Source: Gaiellales bacterium (GTDB taxonomy: Bacteria; Actinomycetota; Thermoleophilia; Gaiellales; Gaiellaceae). From it: a DNA stretch of 64,000 nt. A program made the translations under genes and the position numbers. The stretch lies in the NCBI GenBank assembly GCA_038214705.1, contig JBBQRN010000003.1, positions 99,853-163,852 on the forward strand. The letters are read 5' to 3'. Shown here piece after piece: positions 1 to 8,536 of the stretch (its first letter is position 1; each line of letters starts with the position of its first letter). The notes below the pieces were generated by a model. It did no database searches. It was not told the DNA's origin and saw nothing but the letters and a program-made list of their open reading frames with translations.

Positions 1-113
1 GGCTCGGGCTCGCGATTACGCGGCGGCTCGTCGAGGTCGACGGGGGGACGGTCGAGCTCCGTGACGCACCAGGTGGCGGCCTCGAGGTGGTGGTCGGCCT
101 GCCGGGCGGCTGA
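1..113 (+). CDS. Sensor histidine kinase, C-terminal fragment (HATPase_c), 5'-truncated by window
   Basis: Frame from nt 3 reads LGLAITRRLVEVDGGTVELRDAPGGGLEVVVGLPGG*, the G2 box and end of a HATPase_c domain. Confidence 0.8.
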   Translation, partial: LGLAITRRLVEVDGGTVELRDAPGGGLEVVVGLPGG

Positions 114-161
114 CGGCTGGGGCTGGACCCGCGCCGGTCCCGGTCCTATACTCGGTCCGAG

Positions 162-2267
162 GTGCCTCCCCTGACCACCCAGATCCTGCTTCCCGTCGGC
201 TTTGCAGGTGTGGACACACCCGTCCACTGGCCGCGGCCGCGCAGCGCACCCCGGCCCGAGGTGCTCGAGGCAGGGGTCGAGGCGCTCCCGAAGGTCGGCG
301 CCGCAGTGCGCGGACGGCTGGCGAAACTCGGCCTGCACACCGTCGGCGACCTGCTCTCCCACCGGCCCCGGCGCTACGAGCGGCCGGCCGACGAACGGAA
401 GATCGGGGAGCTCTTCGGCGAGGACGAGGCCGTGATCGAGGGCGTCGTGCTGGCGACGTCGTCGCGTCGAGGACGCGGTCGGCTCCGCATTCTCACTGCC
501 CGGATCGCCGACGGCACGGGCGAGATCAAGGCCAACTGGTTCAATCAGCCGTGGCTCGAGGCGCAGCTGACGCCGGGGACGCGGGTGCGCCTGCGCGGAA
601 AGCCGAGCCGCTACGGCTTCCAGGTTGGCTCGTACGACCTCGGCGAGACGACGGAGACCGCCGACTTCGCTCCCGTCTACCCGGCGAGCGAGGCCCTCGC
701 GCAGAAGCAGTTGCGGGCTCTCGTCGGTGCTGCGCTCGAGTACGCCTCCGCCGGGGGCGATCCGCTCCCGGCTACCCTCGCGACCGCCGAGAGGCTGCCG
801 CTCCGCGCCGACGCGCTCGTCGCGATGCACCGGCCGCGGACGCCCGACGAGGCGGAGACGGGCCGCCGCCGGCTCGCGTACGACGAGTTGCTCGTGCTCC
901 AGCTCGCGCTCGCCCGGCGTGCCGCCGAGCGGGAGAAGCTCGTCGCCGAGGCGCTGCCACCGGCCGGTGAGCTGCGGGACCGCTATCGCGACGTGCTTCC
1001 GTTCACGCTCACCGCAGCCCAGGATCAGGCGATCGTGGAGATCGACGCCGATCTTGCGAAGACGACGCCGATGCAGCGCCTGCTCCAGGGCGACGTCGGC
1101 TCCGGGAAGACGGTCGTCGCTCTCGCGACCCTGCTACGCGCCGTCGAGGCGGGCCGGCAGGGAGCCCTGATGGCGCCCACCGAGGTCCTTGCCGAGCAGC
1201 ACTTCCTCACGATCGAGGGCATCTGCACGGAGCTCGGCGTGCGCGTTGCGTTGCTCACGAGCGCACTCACGGCCAAGGAGCACGCGAACGTCCGGCAGCT
1301 GATCGCATCCGGCGACGTACAGATCGCTATCGGCACACACGCGCTGATCCAGAAAGAGGTCGGCTTTCTCGACCTCGCGGTCGCAGTCGTCGACGAGCAG
1401 CACCGCTTCGGCGTCGAGCAGCGGTCCGCGCTCGTCGAGGGGCAAAGTCCTCATGTCCTCCATCTGACAGCAACTCCGATCCCGCGCACCCTGGCGCTGA
1501 CGGTGTACGGCGATCTCTCGGTCTCGGAGATCTCGTCTCCGCCTGCCGACCGCAAGCCGATCGTGACGGCGTGGGTGACCGACGATCGCAGCTCGGAGGC
1601 GTACGAGCGGCTACGCCGCCACTTGAGCGACGGCCGCCAGGCCTACGTCGTCTGCCCGTTGATCGAAGCCTCCGAGACGACGGTGGCGCGCGCCGCCGAG
1701 GATGAGGCCGCACGGCTCCGTCGCGCCGAGCTGAAGGACTTCCGCGTCGGCTGCCTCCACGGTCGGCTGAAGCCGGCGGAGCGGCGCTCGCTCGTGTCGG
1801 CCTTCAAGGCGGGGGAGCTCGACGTGCTCGTCGCGACGACCGTCATCGAGGTCGGGGTGGACGTGCCGAACGCCACGATCATGATCGTGCAGGAGGCAGA
1901 CCGCTTCGGCCTCGCCCAGCTGCATCAGCTGCGGGGCCGGGTCGGCCGTGGGGCGGAGCAGTCGTACTGCCTCCTCGTGTCAGGGCCGAAGGAAGAGCTG
2001 ACCGACGTCGCCCACGACCGCCTCGAGGCGATGGTGCAGACGACCGACGGGTTCGAGCTCGCCGAGCGTGATCTCGAGATCCGGGGGTCGGGGCAGCTGC
2101 TCGGAGCCAGGCAGTCGGGACTCTCCGACCTCCATTTCACGAGGCTGCGCCAGGACACACGGCTGCTCGAGCGGGCCCGCGCGGCGGCGCTCGCACTCCC
2201 GGAGGAGGGTCTCCTCGAGGGCCAGGTCGCGGCACTTCTCGATGCCGACCACCTCGGAGAGTCGTGA
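162..2267 (+). CDS. recG: ATP-dependent DNA helicase RecG
   Basis: 701 aa; RLLQGDVGSGKT, DEQHRFG, TATPIPRTL, QLRGRVGRG motifs; wedge domain; TATACT at 147-152. Confidence 0.97.
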   Translation: MPPLTTQILLPVGFAGVDTPVHWPRPRSAPRPEVLEAGVEALPKVGAAVRGRLAKLGLHTVGDLLSHRPRRYERPADERKIGELFGEDEAVIEGVVLATSSRRGRGRLRILTARIADGTGEIKANWFNQPWLEAQLTPGTRVRLRGKPSRYGFQVGSYDLGETTETADFAPVYPASEALAQKQLRALVGAALEYASAGGDPLPATLATAERLPLRADALVAMHRPRTPDEAETGRRRLAYDELLVLQLALARRAAEREKLVAEALPPAGELRDRYRDVLPFTLTAAQDQAIVEIDADLAKTTPMQRLLQGDVGSGKTVVALATLLRAVEAGRQGALMAPTEVLAEQHFLTIEGICTELGVRVALLTSALTAKEHANVRQLIASGDVQIAIGTHALIQKEVGFLDLAVAVVDEQHRFGVEQRSALVEGQSPHVLHLTATPIPRTLALTVYGDLSVSEISSPPADRKPIVTAWVTDDRSSEAYERLRRHLSDGRQAYVVCPLIEASETTVARAAEDEAARLRRAELKDFRVGCLHGRLKPAERRSLVSAFKAGELDVLVATTVIEVGVDVPNATIMIVQEADRFGLAQLHQLRGRVGRGAEQSYCLLVSGPKEELTDVAHDRLEAMVQTTDGFELAERDLEIRGSGQLLGARQSGLSDLHFTRLRQDTRLLERARAAALALPEEGLLEGQVAALLDADHLGES

Positions 2268-2797
2268 GAATCGTCGCCGGCGAAAAGCGCGGCGCGCGAA
2301 TCGCGGCCCCGAAAGGGGACGCGACCCGCCCGACGGGCGACAGGGTGCGTGAAGCCGCCTACAACCTGATCGGCCCGGTCGACGACACCGCCGTGCTCGA
2401 CCTCTTCGCGGGCTCCGGCGCGATGGGGCTCGAGGCGCTGTCGCGCGGAGCCCGCCGGTGCGTCTTCGTCGAGTCCGACCGCGCGGCCTGTGCCGTGATC
2501 CACGCGAACCTCGAGAAGCTGCGGCTGACCGGCGCCCTCGTTGCCTGCAAGGACGTCTTCCAGGCGTTGCGCGAGGAGCGAGGTGCGCAGCGTGCCTATG
2601 ACCTGATCCTCGTCGACCCTCCCTACGGCGCCTGGCCCGATCTGCAGGAGCGCCTCGCGGGCGCATTGCCGGACGTGCTGGCTCCTGACGGCCTGATCGT
2701 CGTCGAGACCTCCGCGCGCGTCGAGCCCGAGCTGCCGCTCTCCCTCGTCACGGGCCGCCGTTACGGCTCCGCACGCATTAGTCTGTTCACCCGATGA
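2264..2797 (+). CDS. rsmD: 16S rRNA m2G966 methyltransferase RsmD
   Basis: MRIVAG..RPT.DRVREA, LDLFAGSG, DPPY; recG-rsmD-coaD synteny. Confidence 0.95.
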   Translation: MRIVAGEKRGARIAAPKGDATRPTGDRVREAAYNLIGPVDDTAVLDLFAGSGAMGLEALSRGARRCVFVESDRAACAVIHANLEKLRLTGALVACKDVFQALREERGAQRAYDLILVDPPYGAWPDLQERLAGALPDVLAPDGLIVVETSARVEPELPLSLVTGRRYGSARISLFTR

Positions 2798-3309
2798 TCA
2801 CAGCGATCTGCCCAGGCTCGTACGACCCGGTCACGCTCGGCCATCTCGACGTGATCGGGCGGACGGCAGCGACGTTCGACCGGGTGATCGTCGGCGTCGT
2901 TCGCGACCCCCATCACAAGCAGACGCTGTTCACCGTCGAGGAGCGGGTCGCTTTCCTCGAGGGGGCGCTCGCAGATCTGTCGAACGTGACGGTCGATGTC
3001 TTCCACGAGCTCGTTGTCGATTTCGCGCGAAAGCACGACGCCAAGACGATGGTCAAGGGCCTCCGCGTGATCGCCGACTTCGAGTGGGAGTTCCAGATGA
3101 ACCGGCTCAACCACCTGCTCGCTCCCGAGATCGAGACGATGTACGTGATGTCGAGCCCGCAGTACAGTTTCATCTCGTCGAGCGGCGTGAAGGAGATCGC
3201 CTCATTCGGCGGAAAGGTTGACGAACTCGTGCCCGAAGCCGTGGCGCGCCGGTTCCGGGAGCTGTTCCCGAACGGTAGACCCGGCGCCCCGCTCAGTCCC
3301 CAGGAATAG
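2794..3309 (+). CDS. coaD: Phosphopantetheine adenylyltransferase
   Basis: PGSYDPVTLGHLD, KGLR..ADFEWE, ISSS.VKEIA motifs. Confidence 0.97.
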   Translation: MITAICPGSYDPVTLGHLDVIGRTAATFDRVIVGVVRDPHHKQTLFTVEERVAFLEGALADLSNVTVDVFHELVVDFARKHDAKTMVKGLRVIADFEWEFQMNRLNHLLAPEIETMYVMSSPQYSFISSSGVKEIASFGGKVDELVPEAVARRFRELFPNGRPGAPLSPQE

Positions 3310-3341
3310 CCCCGCCGCGACTTCAGGAGTAAGATCCCCCT

Positions 3342-3863
3342 ATGGACGTTCTCGTACTCATCGACAAGCTGGACGATCTGGTGCACAACGCGAAGGCGGT
3401 GCCGCTCACCGACCAGGTGCGGATCGACCGCGAGGAGATCTACGACATCCTCGATCAGATGCGCGCCACGATTCCCGAGGAGATCAAGCAGGCCCGCTGG
3501 ATCGTCAAGGAGCGGCAGGAGATGCTCGCCGAGGCGAAACGCGAGTGTGACCGGCTGATCGGTGAGGCGCGCGAGCAGGCAGTGCGCGAGGCCTCGCAGA
3601 CCGAGATCGTCAAGATCGCCGAGCGCCAGGCGCAGGACATCGTCGACGACGCTCGCCGGCAGGCGCGCGAGACGCGCCTCGAGATGGAGGACTGGGCCGA
3701 CGGGATCCTCTCGACCCTGGAGGTCAACCTCGACAAGTTCCTCGTTGCGGTGCGCCGTGGCCGGGATCGCCTGCACGAACGCTCTCAGGAGTCGGTGATG
3801 TCCGGGATCGGCCCGATCGACCCGGTCGGCTCCGGGCAGGCAGACGACGACTCGTACGTCTAG
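3342..3863 (+). CDS. Conserved coiled-coil protein (SepIVA/Rv2927c-like family)
   Basis: IDKLDDLVHNAKAVPLT..IPEEIKQARWIVKER; lies between coaD and yceD as this family does in Actinobacteria and Firmicutes. Confidence 0.7.
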   Translation: MDVLVLIDKLDDLVHNAKAVPLTDQVRIDREEIYDILDQMRATIPEEIKQARWIVKERQEMLAEAKRECDRLIGEAREQAVREASQTEIVKIAERQAQDIVDDARRQARETRLEMEDWADGILSTLEVNLDKFLVAVRRGRDRLHERSQESVMSGIGPIDPVGSGQADDDSYV

Positions 3864-3888
3864 GTGGGGCGAGGCGCATGCCTCGCCC
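3864..3888 (+). repeat. GTAG/GTGG-type REP palindrome
   Basis: GTGG-GGCGAGGC-GCAT-GCCTCGCC hairpin directly after a stop codon; related copies at 4928, 4983, 17101, 51441, 51505. Confidence 0.7.
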
Positions 3889-3996
3889 GGGAGTGAGCAC
3901 GACCACCACCCTTCCGGGGCCAAACTGACCCGACGTTTCGAGCTACCGCATTGGTCGTGAGCACTCCGGCCGGCGGCCGATGGCTACGCTGGAACG

Positions 3997-4503
3997 ATGA
4001 CGAGCTATCCCCTTCGTCGCCTCAAGCTCCGCTCGGGGGACGAGCACCGTGAGGCGCTCACGGTCGAGTTGCAGCCGTTCGACCTCGGCGGCGAGCGCTA
4101 CCTGCCCGTGCCGGCCGCCGTCGAGGCGGCGTTCGAGGCGCAGCGCGCCACGAGCGGCGACGTGTTCCGGCTCGCCTTCAGGACGCGGCTCCACGGGCCC
4201 TGCATGCGCTGCCTGCGGCACGCCGTCGCCGATATCGTCGTGGACGGCCGTGAGTATCACGCTGCGGCCGACGACGCCCCGGACGAGCTTCGCTCCGAGT
4301 ACGTGGTCGACGGCGCGCTACAGCTCTCCCAGTGGGCCCACGATGCGATCGCGACCGCCATGCCCGACCAGATCCTCTGTCGTCGCAACTGCGCGGGGCT
4401 CTGTCCTGTATGCGGGAAGGACCTGAACGACCAGCCGCACGGGCACGAGGAGGCGGTGGCGGACCCGCGCTGGGCCGCGCTCGAGGCGTTGCGCGAGGAA
4501 TGA
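3997..4503 (+). CDS. yceD: YceD/DUF177 family metal-binding protein
   Basis: CMRCL and LCRRNCAGLCPVCG..DPRWAAL motifs; upstream of rpmF. Confidence 0.9.
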   Translation: MTSYPLRRLKLRSGDEHREALTVELQPFDLGGERYLPVPAAVEAAFEAQRATSGDVFRLAFRTRLHGPCMRCLRHAVADIVVDGREYHAAADDAPDELRSEYVVDGALQLSQWAHDAIATAMPDQILCRRNCAGLCPVCGKDLNDQPHGHEEAVADPRWAALEALREE

Positions 4504-4910
4504 CGAAGCTCGCACCACGTGCCCGGATCGTGCTCGTCGAGCACGGGAACGTTGCCCTGATTCGGCGAGTTCGCGAGGGTCACACGTACTACCTCTTCCC
4601 CGGCGGAGGAGTCGAGGACGGCGAGACACCCGAGGAGGCTGCCCGCCGCGAGGCCGTCGAGGAGCTCGGGGTCGAGGTCGAGCTCGGCCCGCTCGTGCAC
4701 GAGGAGTCGTTCGGTGGCACGATCTTTCTCTACTACGACGCGTGGATCGTCGGAGGCAGCTTCGGTACCGGCAGCTGGCCCGACCACGCGAGCCTGACCG
4801 ACCGGGAGCGCGAGCGCGGCGGGACCCACGAGCCGGTGTGGATGCCGCTCGAGGAGCTGCGGGGCCTCGACATCAGGCCGCGGGCGCTCGGCGACCTGCT
4901 CGCGATCTGA
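4500..4910 (+). CDS. NUDIX hydrolase
   Basis: Nudix box GGGVEDGETPEEAARREAVEELG; ATG at 4500 overlaps the yceD stop. Confidence 0.9.
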   Translation: MTKLAPRARIVLVEHGNVALIRRVREGHTYYLFPGGGVEDGETPEEAARREAVEELGVEVELGPLVHEESFGGTIFLYYDAWIVGGSFGTGSWPDHASLTDRERERGGTHEPVWMPLEELRGLDIRPRALGDLLAI

Positions 4911-4927
4911 CGGCTGCGGCGGCTTGC

Positions 4928-5006
4928 GGGCGAGGCGTTCATCTCGCCCCTACTGCGGAAGCGGTCTCAGGCGGCGGCTTGCGCGCGAGATAGGTCTCGC
5001 CCCTAC
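4928..5006 (-). repeat. Two tandem GTAG-type REP palindromes
   Basis: Minus strand GTAGGGGCGAGATGAACGCCTCGCCC (4928-4953) and GTAGGGGCGAGACCTATCTCGCGC (4983-5006). Confidence 0.75.
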
Positions 5007-5052
5007 TACGGAAGCCGCCTTCGGCGGCTTCCGCTACACTCCGCGGCCGCCC

Positions 5053-5241
5053 ATGGCTGTCCCCAAGCGAAAGACCTCGAAGGCCCGCCGCGACAAGCGT
5101 CGCGCTCAGCACGGCATCGCCGTACCGAGCGTCAACGTCTGCCCGAACTGCGGCTCGCCGACGCGCGCGCACCACGCGTGCCCGACATGCAAGACGTACC
5201 GGGGCCGGGACATCCAGCCGCTCGGCACGCCGGCTCCGTAG
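5053..5241 (+). CDS. rpmF: 50S ribosomal protein L32
   Basis: MAVPKRKTSKARRDKRRA..CPNCG..HHACPTC. Confidence 0.97.
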   Translation: MAVPKRKTSKARRDKRRAQHGIAVPSVNVCPNCGSPTRAHHACPTCKTYRGRDIQPLGTPAP

Positions 5242-5249
5242 GCGAGCAC

Positions 5250-5519
5250 ATGCGGGTGCGGGTTGCCGTGAACGCATGCCGCGAGGCGGCTTCGCGAGTG
5301 GCTCGATCTGGAAACGACCGGTGGCGCCTACCTGCTCGGCCTCAACGGCCTCGTCGTGATCGCCTACCGCTCGAACTCCTGCATCGCGATCGCGAACGCC
5401 GTCCGCCTTGCCGCCCGGGGAGCGACCACGACATCGTCGGCCGGTTGGGCGAGGCACTTCCGAACCACGTGGTAGAGTCCTCGCGCTCCATGAACCCGTC
5501 CGGAACAACGAGAGGTTGA
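5250..5519 (+). pseudogene. plsX: Internally deleted, frameshifted plsX relic
   Basis: ATG 5250 reads MRVRVAVNA (PlsX start is typically RIAVDAMGGD); 5290-5421 in another frame reads LREWLDLETTGGAYLLGLNGLVVIAYRSNSCIAIANAVRLAARG (PlsX C-terminus); canonical position between rpmF and acpP. Confidence 0.8.
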
Positions 5520-5525
5520 AGACAA

Positions 5526-5771
5526 GTGGCATTGTCCCGTGAAGAAGTAGCCGAGCGCGTCAAAGGCGTCCTGAGCGAGCAGCTCGGGGTCGATGAGAGC
5601 GAGCTGGCGGAGGAGAACTCGTTCCAGGAGGACCTCGACGCCGACTCGCTCGACCTCGTCGAGCTGATCATGGAGCTCGAGGACCAGTTCGGGATCAAGA
5701 TCTCCGACGAGGATGCGCAGAAGATCACGACCGTCGGCCAGGCTGTCGACTACGTCGTCTCGCACCAGTAG
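5526..5771 (+). CDS. acpP: Acyl carrier protein
   Basis: [18 protein letters not shown] phosphopantetheine motif. Confidence 0.97.
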   Translation: MALSREEVAERVKGVLSEQLGVDESELAEENSFQEDLDADSLDLVELIMELEDQFGIKISDEDAQKITTVGQAVDYVVSHQ

Positions 5772-5799
5772 CACCGCCGGCTCGGGGGAGGGGCGCGAG

Positions 5800-6483
5800 C
5801 TTGCGCGCCTGATCGACGCCCTTCCTCCCGAGCGGCGTGATCACGTCTTCACGCACACGTCGTGGGCGCCCGACAGGGCGTCGTCGTACGAGCGGCTCGA
5901 GTTCCTCGGCGACTCGGTGCTCGAGCTCGCGATTGCCCGCGCCCTCTACGACCGCTTCCCGGAAGCCTCCGAGGGGCGGCTGGCCAAGATCAGGGCTCAT
6001 GTCGTCTCGCGAGCGAGCTGTGCCGGTGTCGCGAAGGAGCTCGATCTCGCCCGCTTCCTGCTCGAGCAGGCCCAGACCGTGCCGGACGCCGAGCTCGGCC
6101 GGATCTCCACGAGCCGCAACGTCCTTGCGGCCCTGCTCGAAGCCGCGATCGCAGCCGTCTATCTCGAGCACGGCTTCGAGATCGCCGAGCAGGCTGTCGT
6201 GGAGGCGTTCGACGATCGCATCGAGTTCGCGCGCACCGGCTACGTCGACAACAAGACGGAGCTCCAGGAGGCGCTCGCCCGTTCCGGCAACCAGGTGCGC
6301 TACGAGGTCGTCGAGGTCGAGGGCCCCCCGCACGATCGCCGGTTCGTCTGCGTGGCGCTGATCGCGGGTGAGCAGGTCGGGCTCGGGAAGGCGCCGACCA
6401 AGAAGGCCGCCGAGCAGGAGGCCGCCCGCCAGGCGCTCGAGTCGATGGGCATCGTCAGCGGCGGGCTTCCACCGGCGGCGTAG
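5800..6483 (+). CDS. rnc: Ribonuclease III (start uncertain, about 5800-5809)
   Basis: YERLEFLGDSVL signature; dsRBD NKTELQE..GPPHDRRF..KKAAEQEAA. Confidence 0.95.
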   Translation, partial: LARLIDALPPERRDHVFTHTSWAPDRASSYERLEFLGDSVLELAIARALYDRFPEASEGRLAKIRAHVVSRASCAGVAKELDLARFLLEQAQTVPDAELGRISTSRNVLAALLEAAIAAVYLEHGFEIAEQAVVEAFDDRIEFARTGYVDNKTELQEALARSGNQVRYEVVEVEGPPHDRRFVCVALIAGEQVGLGKAPTKKAAEQEAARQALESMGIVSGGLPPAA

Positions 6484-6488
6484 CGCGG

Positions 6489-6504
6489 CGACTGGCTTCA
6501 GTCG
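6489..6504. repeat. Degenerate copy of CGACCGACTTCAGTCGGTCG palindrome family
   Basis: CGACTGGCTTCAGTCG between convergent rnc and methyltransferase genes. Confidence 0.5.
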
Positions 6505-7499
6505 CGCCGCACTTCGCGCGTCGCCGGGTTCCTCGGCTCCAGCAGGTAGTGACTGACGAGCCACTCCGTGCCGCCGCGGTAGCCGAACAGCTCGGCGCAC
6601 GCGAGGAAGAAGGTACGCCACTCGTGCAGGGCCGCCTCCGAGCCGAGGATCGGGAGCGCTTCGGCCTTGCGCGCGTCGAGATTCTCGAGCCAGGCCTCGG
6701 CTGTGCGGGCGTAGTGGCCGCCGCCGACCCGCCAGTGCTCGCGCACGACGAGGTCATCGGCGAAGCGGAGCAGGAGGTCGTCGGAGGGCATGATCCCGCC
6801 CGTGAAGAACCGGCGTCCCATCCAGGAGCGGTCGAACGCGTACGGGTAGCGAAGGTGCGAGAAGACGTGCACGAACAGCCTGCCGTCGTCGCCGAGCATC
6901 CCGCGCACCTTTGCGAGAAGCGCTCGCCAGTTGCGCATGTGCTCGAACATCTCCACCGAAACGACCCGATCGAAGCGGCGTTCCGTCGTGAAGGCGTTGA
7001 TGTCCGCCGTGATGACCTCGACGTTGCCGTGCCCGAGCGAGTCGATGTACGCCTTCTGGGGCGCCGAGTTCGAGAGCGCCAGGACGCGGCACGAAGGGTA
7101 TTGCTCCGCGATCCAGCCGGAGAGCGACCCCCAGCCGCAGCCGAGGTCGAGCACATCCATCCCGTCCTCGATCCCGGCGCGAGCGCAGGTGAGGGCAAGC
7201 ATCGTCTCCTCTGCGTCGGCGAGCGTCTCGACGCCCGCGGGCCAGAAGCAGCCGGAGTACTTGCGCCGGGGCCCGAGCGCGAGTCCGAAGAACTGCTGCG
7301 GCAGCTCGTAGTGCTGCTCGTTGGCAGCGCCGGTCTCGATCGCGATCGGGCCTTCCCGAAGCGCCGCCACCGTGTCCTCGAGCGCGTCGAGCCCGCGGCG
7401 GCGCTCGCGGTGCAGCCTCATCCGGCAGCTCTGCGCGATCGCCGCGCGCAGGAGCGGATCGGGGAGGACGCCCCTGGCGACGACGCGATCGGCGATCAT
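6498..7499 (-). CDS. SAM-dependent methyltransferase, cyclopropane-fatty-acyl-phospholipid synthase-like
   Basis: [37 protein letters not shown]; start MIADRVV at 7499 overlaps upstream stop. Confidence 0.88.
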   Translation of the reverse strand: MIADRVVARGVLPDPLLRAAIAQSCRMRLHRERRRGLDALEDTVAALREGPIAIETGAANEQHYELPQQFFGLALGPRRKYSGCFWPAGVETLADAEETMLALTCARAGIEDGMDVLDLGCGWGSLSGWIAEQYPSCRVLALSNSAPQKAYIDSLGHGNVEVITADINAFTTERRFDRVVSVEMFEHMRNWRALLAKVRGMLGDDGRLFVHVFSHLRYPYAFDRSWMGRRFFTGGIMPSDDLLLRFADDLVVREHWRVGGGHYARTAEAWLENLDARKAEALPILGSEAALHEWRTFFLACAELFGYRGGTEWLVSHYLLEPRNPATREVRRD

Positions 7500-8293
7500 C
7501 CGGCAGCGCGCTTCCGCTTCGGCGGCAGCGGCACAAAGACCGACACCTCCTCCTGGTAGCGGCGGTAGTCGTCGCCGCGGCTGCGCAACGACTGTGCCTC
7601 GGTCTCCGGGATACCGGTCAGCTTGAAGAGCAACGTGAACAGGAAGATCGGTACGAAGATCGCGACCCAGCCGTACGGCGAAGAGAACGCGATCACGGCC
7701 CATGCCACCCAGTGCAGCCACTCGAAGAAGTAGTTCGGATGCCGCGACCAGCCCCAGAGGCCGTTCCTCGCCGTCTTGCCCTTGTTCGCCGGGTTGCCCT
7801 TCCAGACGGCGAGCTGGGTGTCGGCCGTCACCTCGCCCGCGATCGAGACGAGGGCGAGTGCGACGCCGATCCAGGCGAGCCAGGTCATCTCACCCTGGTC
7901 GGCGGCAACGAACGCGAACGGGATCGAGAAGACGAGCACGAATCCAGCCTGTGCCTGGTAGAAGACGAAGAAGGCGCGGTTCGCGTGGGGGGCCCAGCGG
8001 CGCCGCAGCTCCTGGTAGCGCCCGTCCTCCTCCTTGCCCGCGAGCCGTGCGAGCAGATAGGTGCCCAGGCGCACGCCCCAGATCGTCCCGAGACCGGCGA
8101 CGACGACACGATGGAGCGTCGATCCGTCCGCAAGCAGCGCGTAGGCGACGGCGGTGCCGGCGATCCCGAGCGCCCAGGCGACGTCGACGTAGCTCGCGTT
8201 GTGGATCCGCAGCGCCACGACCCAGACGCCGATCATCATCACGCTCGCGCCAATCGCGCCGACGAGCAGGAGCAGCCAGGGGGAAGAGATCAT
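7496..8293 (-). CDS. DUF1295 family (steroid 5-alpha-reductase-like) membrane protein
   Basis: [31 protein letters not shown] motifs; multiple TM segments. Confidence 0.9.
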   Translation of the reverse strand: MISSPWLLLLVGAIGASVMMIGVWVVALRIHNASYVDVAWALGIAGTAVAYALLADGSTLHRVVVAGLGTIWGVRLGTYLLARLAGKEEDGRYQELRRRWAPHANRAFFVFYQAQAGFVLVFSIPFAFVAADQGEMTWLAWIGVALALVSIAGEVTADTQLAVWKGNPANKGKTARNGLWGWSRHPNYFFEWLHWVAWAVIAFSSPYGWVAIFVPIFLFTLLFKLTGIPETEAQSLRSRGDDYRRYQEEVSVFVPLPPKRKRAAG

Positions 8294-8536
8294 GTCGTGA
8301 CTGTACGCGCACGGGTTTGGTTACGGCGTTTCCAGCTTCCCCCTTTTGGGGGGACGACGACCCCAGGGGCAGGGGCGCGGCGGCCGTGAGGAGCTTGCTC
8401 GCGAGGCGGATCAGGCGCTACGCCGCCAAGCGGCTCGACAAGAATCGGGTCGTCGCCGCCGCGCGGGGCGTCGCCGCGATCCAGCCGGGGTCAAGCCCGG
8501 GGGGCCGTCCGCGGTTGTCGTTAGCGTTGTCTCGAC

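Noticed and set aside
5713-5799. rnc N-terminal extension overlapping acpP
   Set aside because: Low-complexity translation; RNase III similarity begins near 5800
8294-8536. Intergenic stretch with imperfect inverted repeats and a protein-like minus frame
   Set aside because: No recognisable family or second copy; interrupted by a stop
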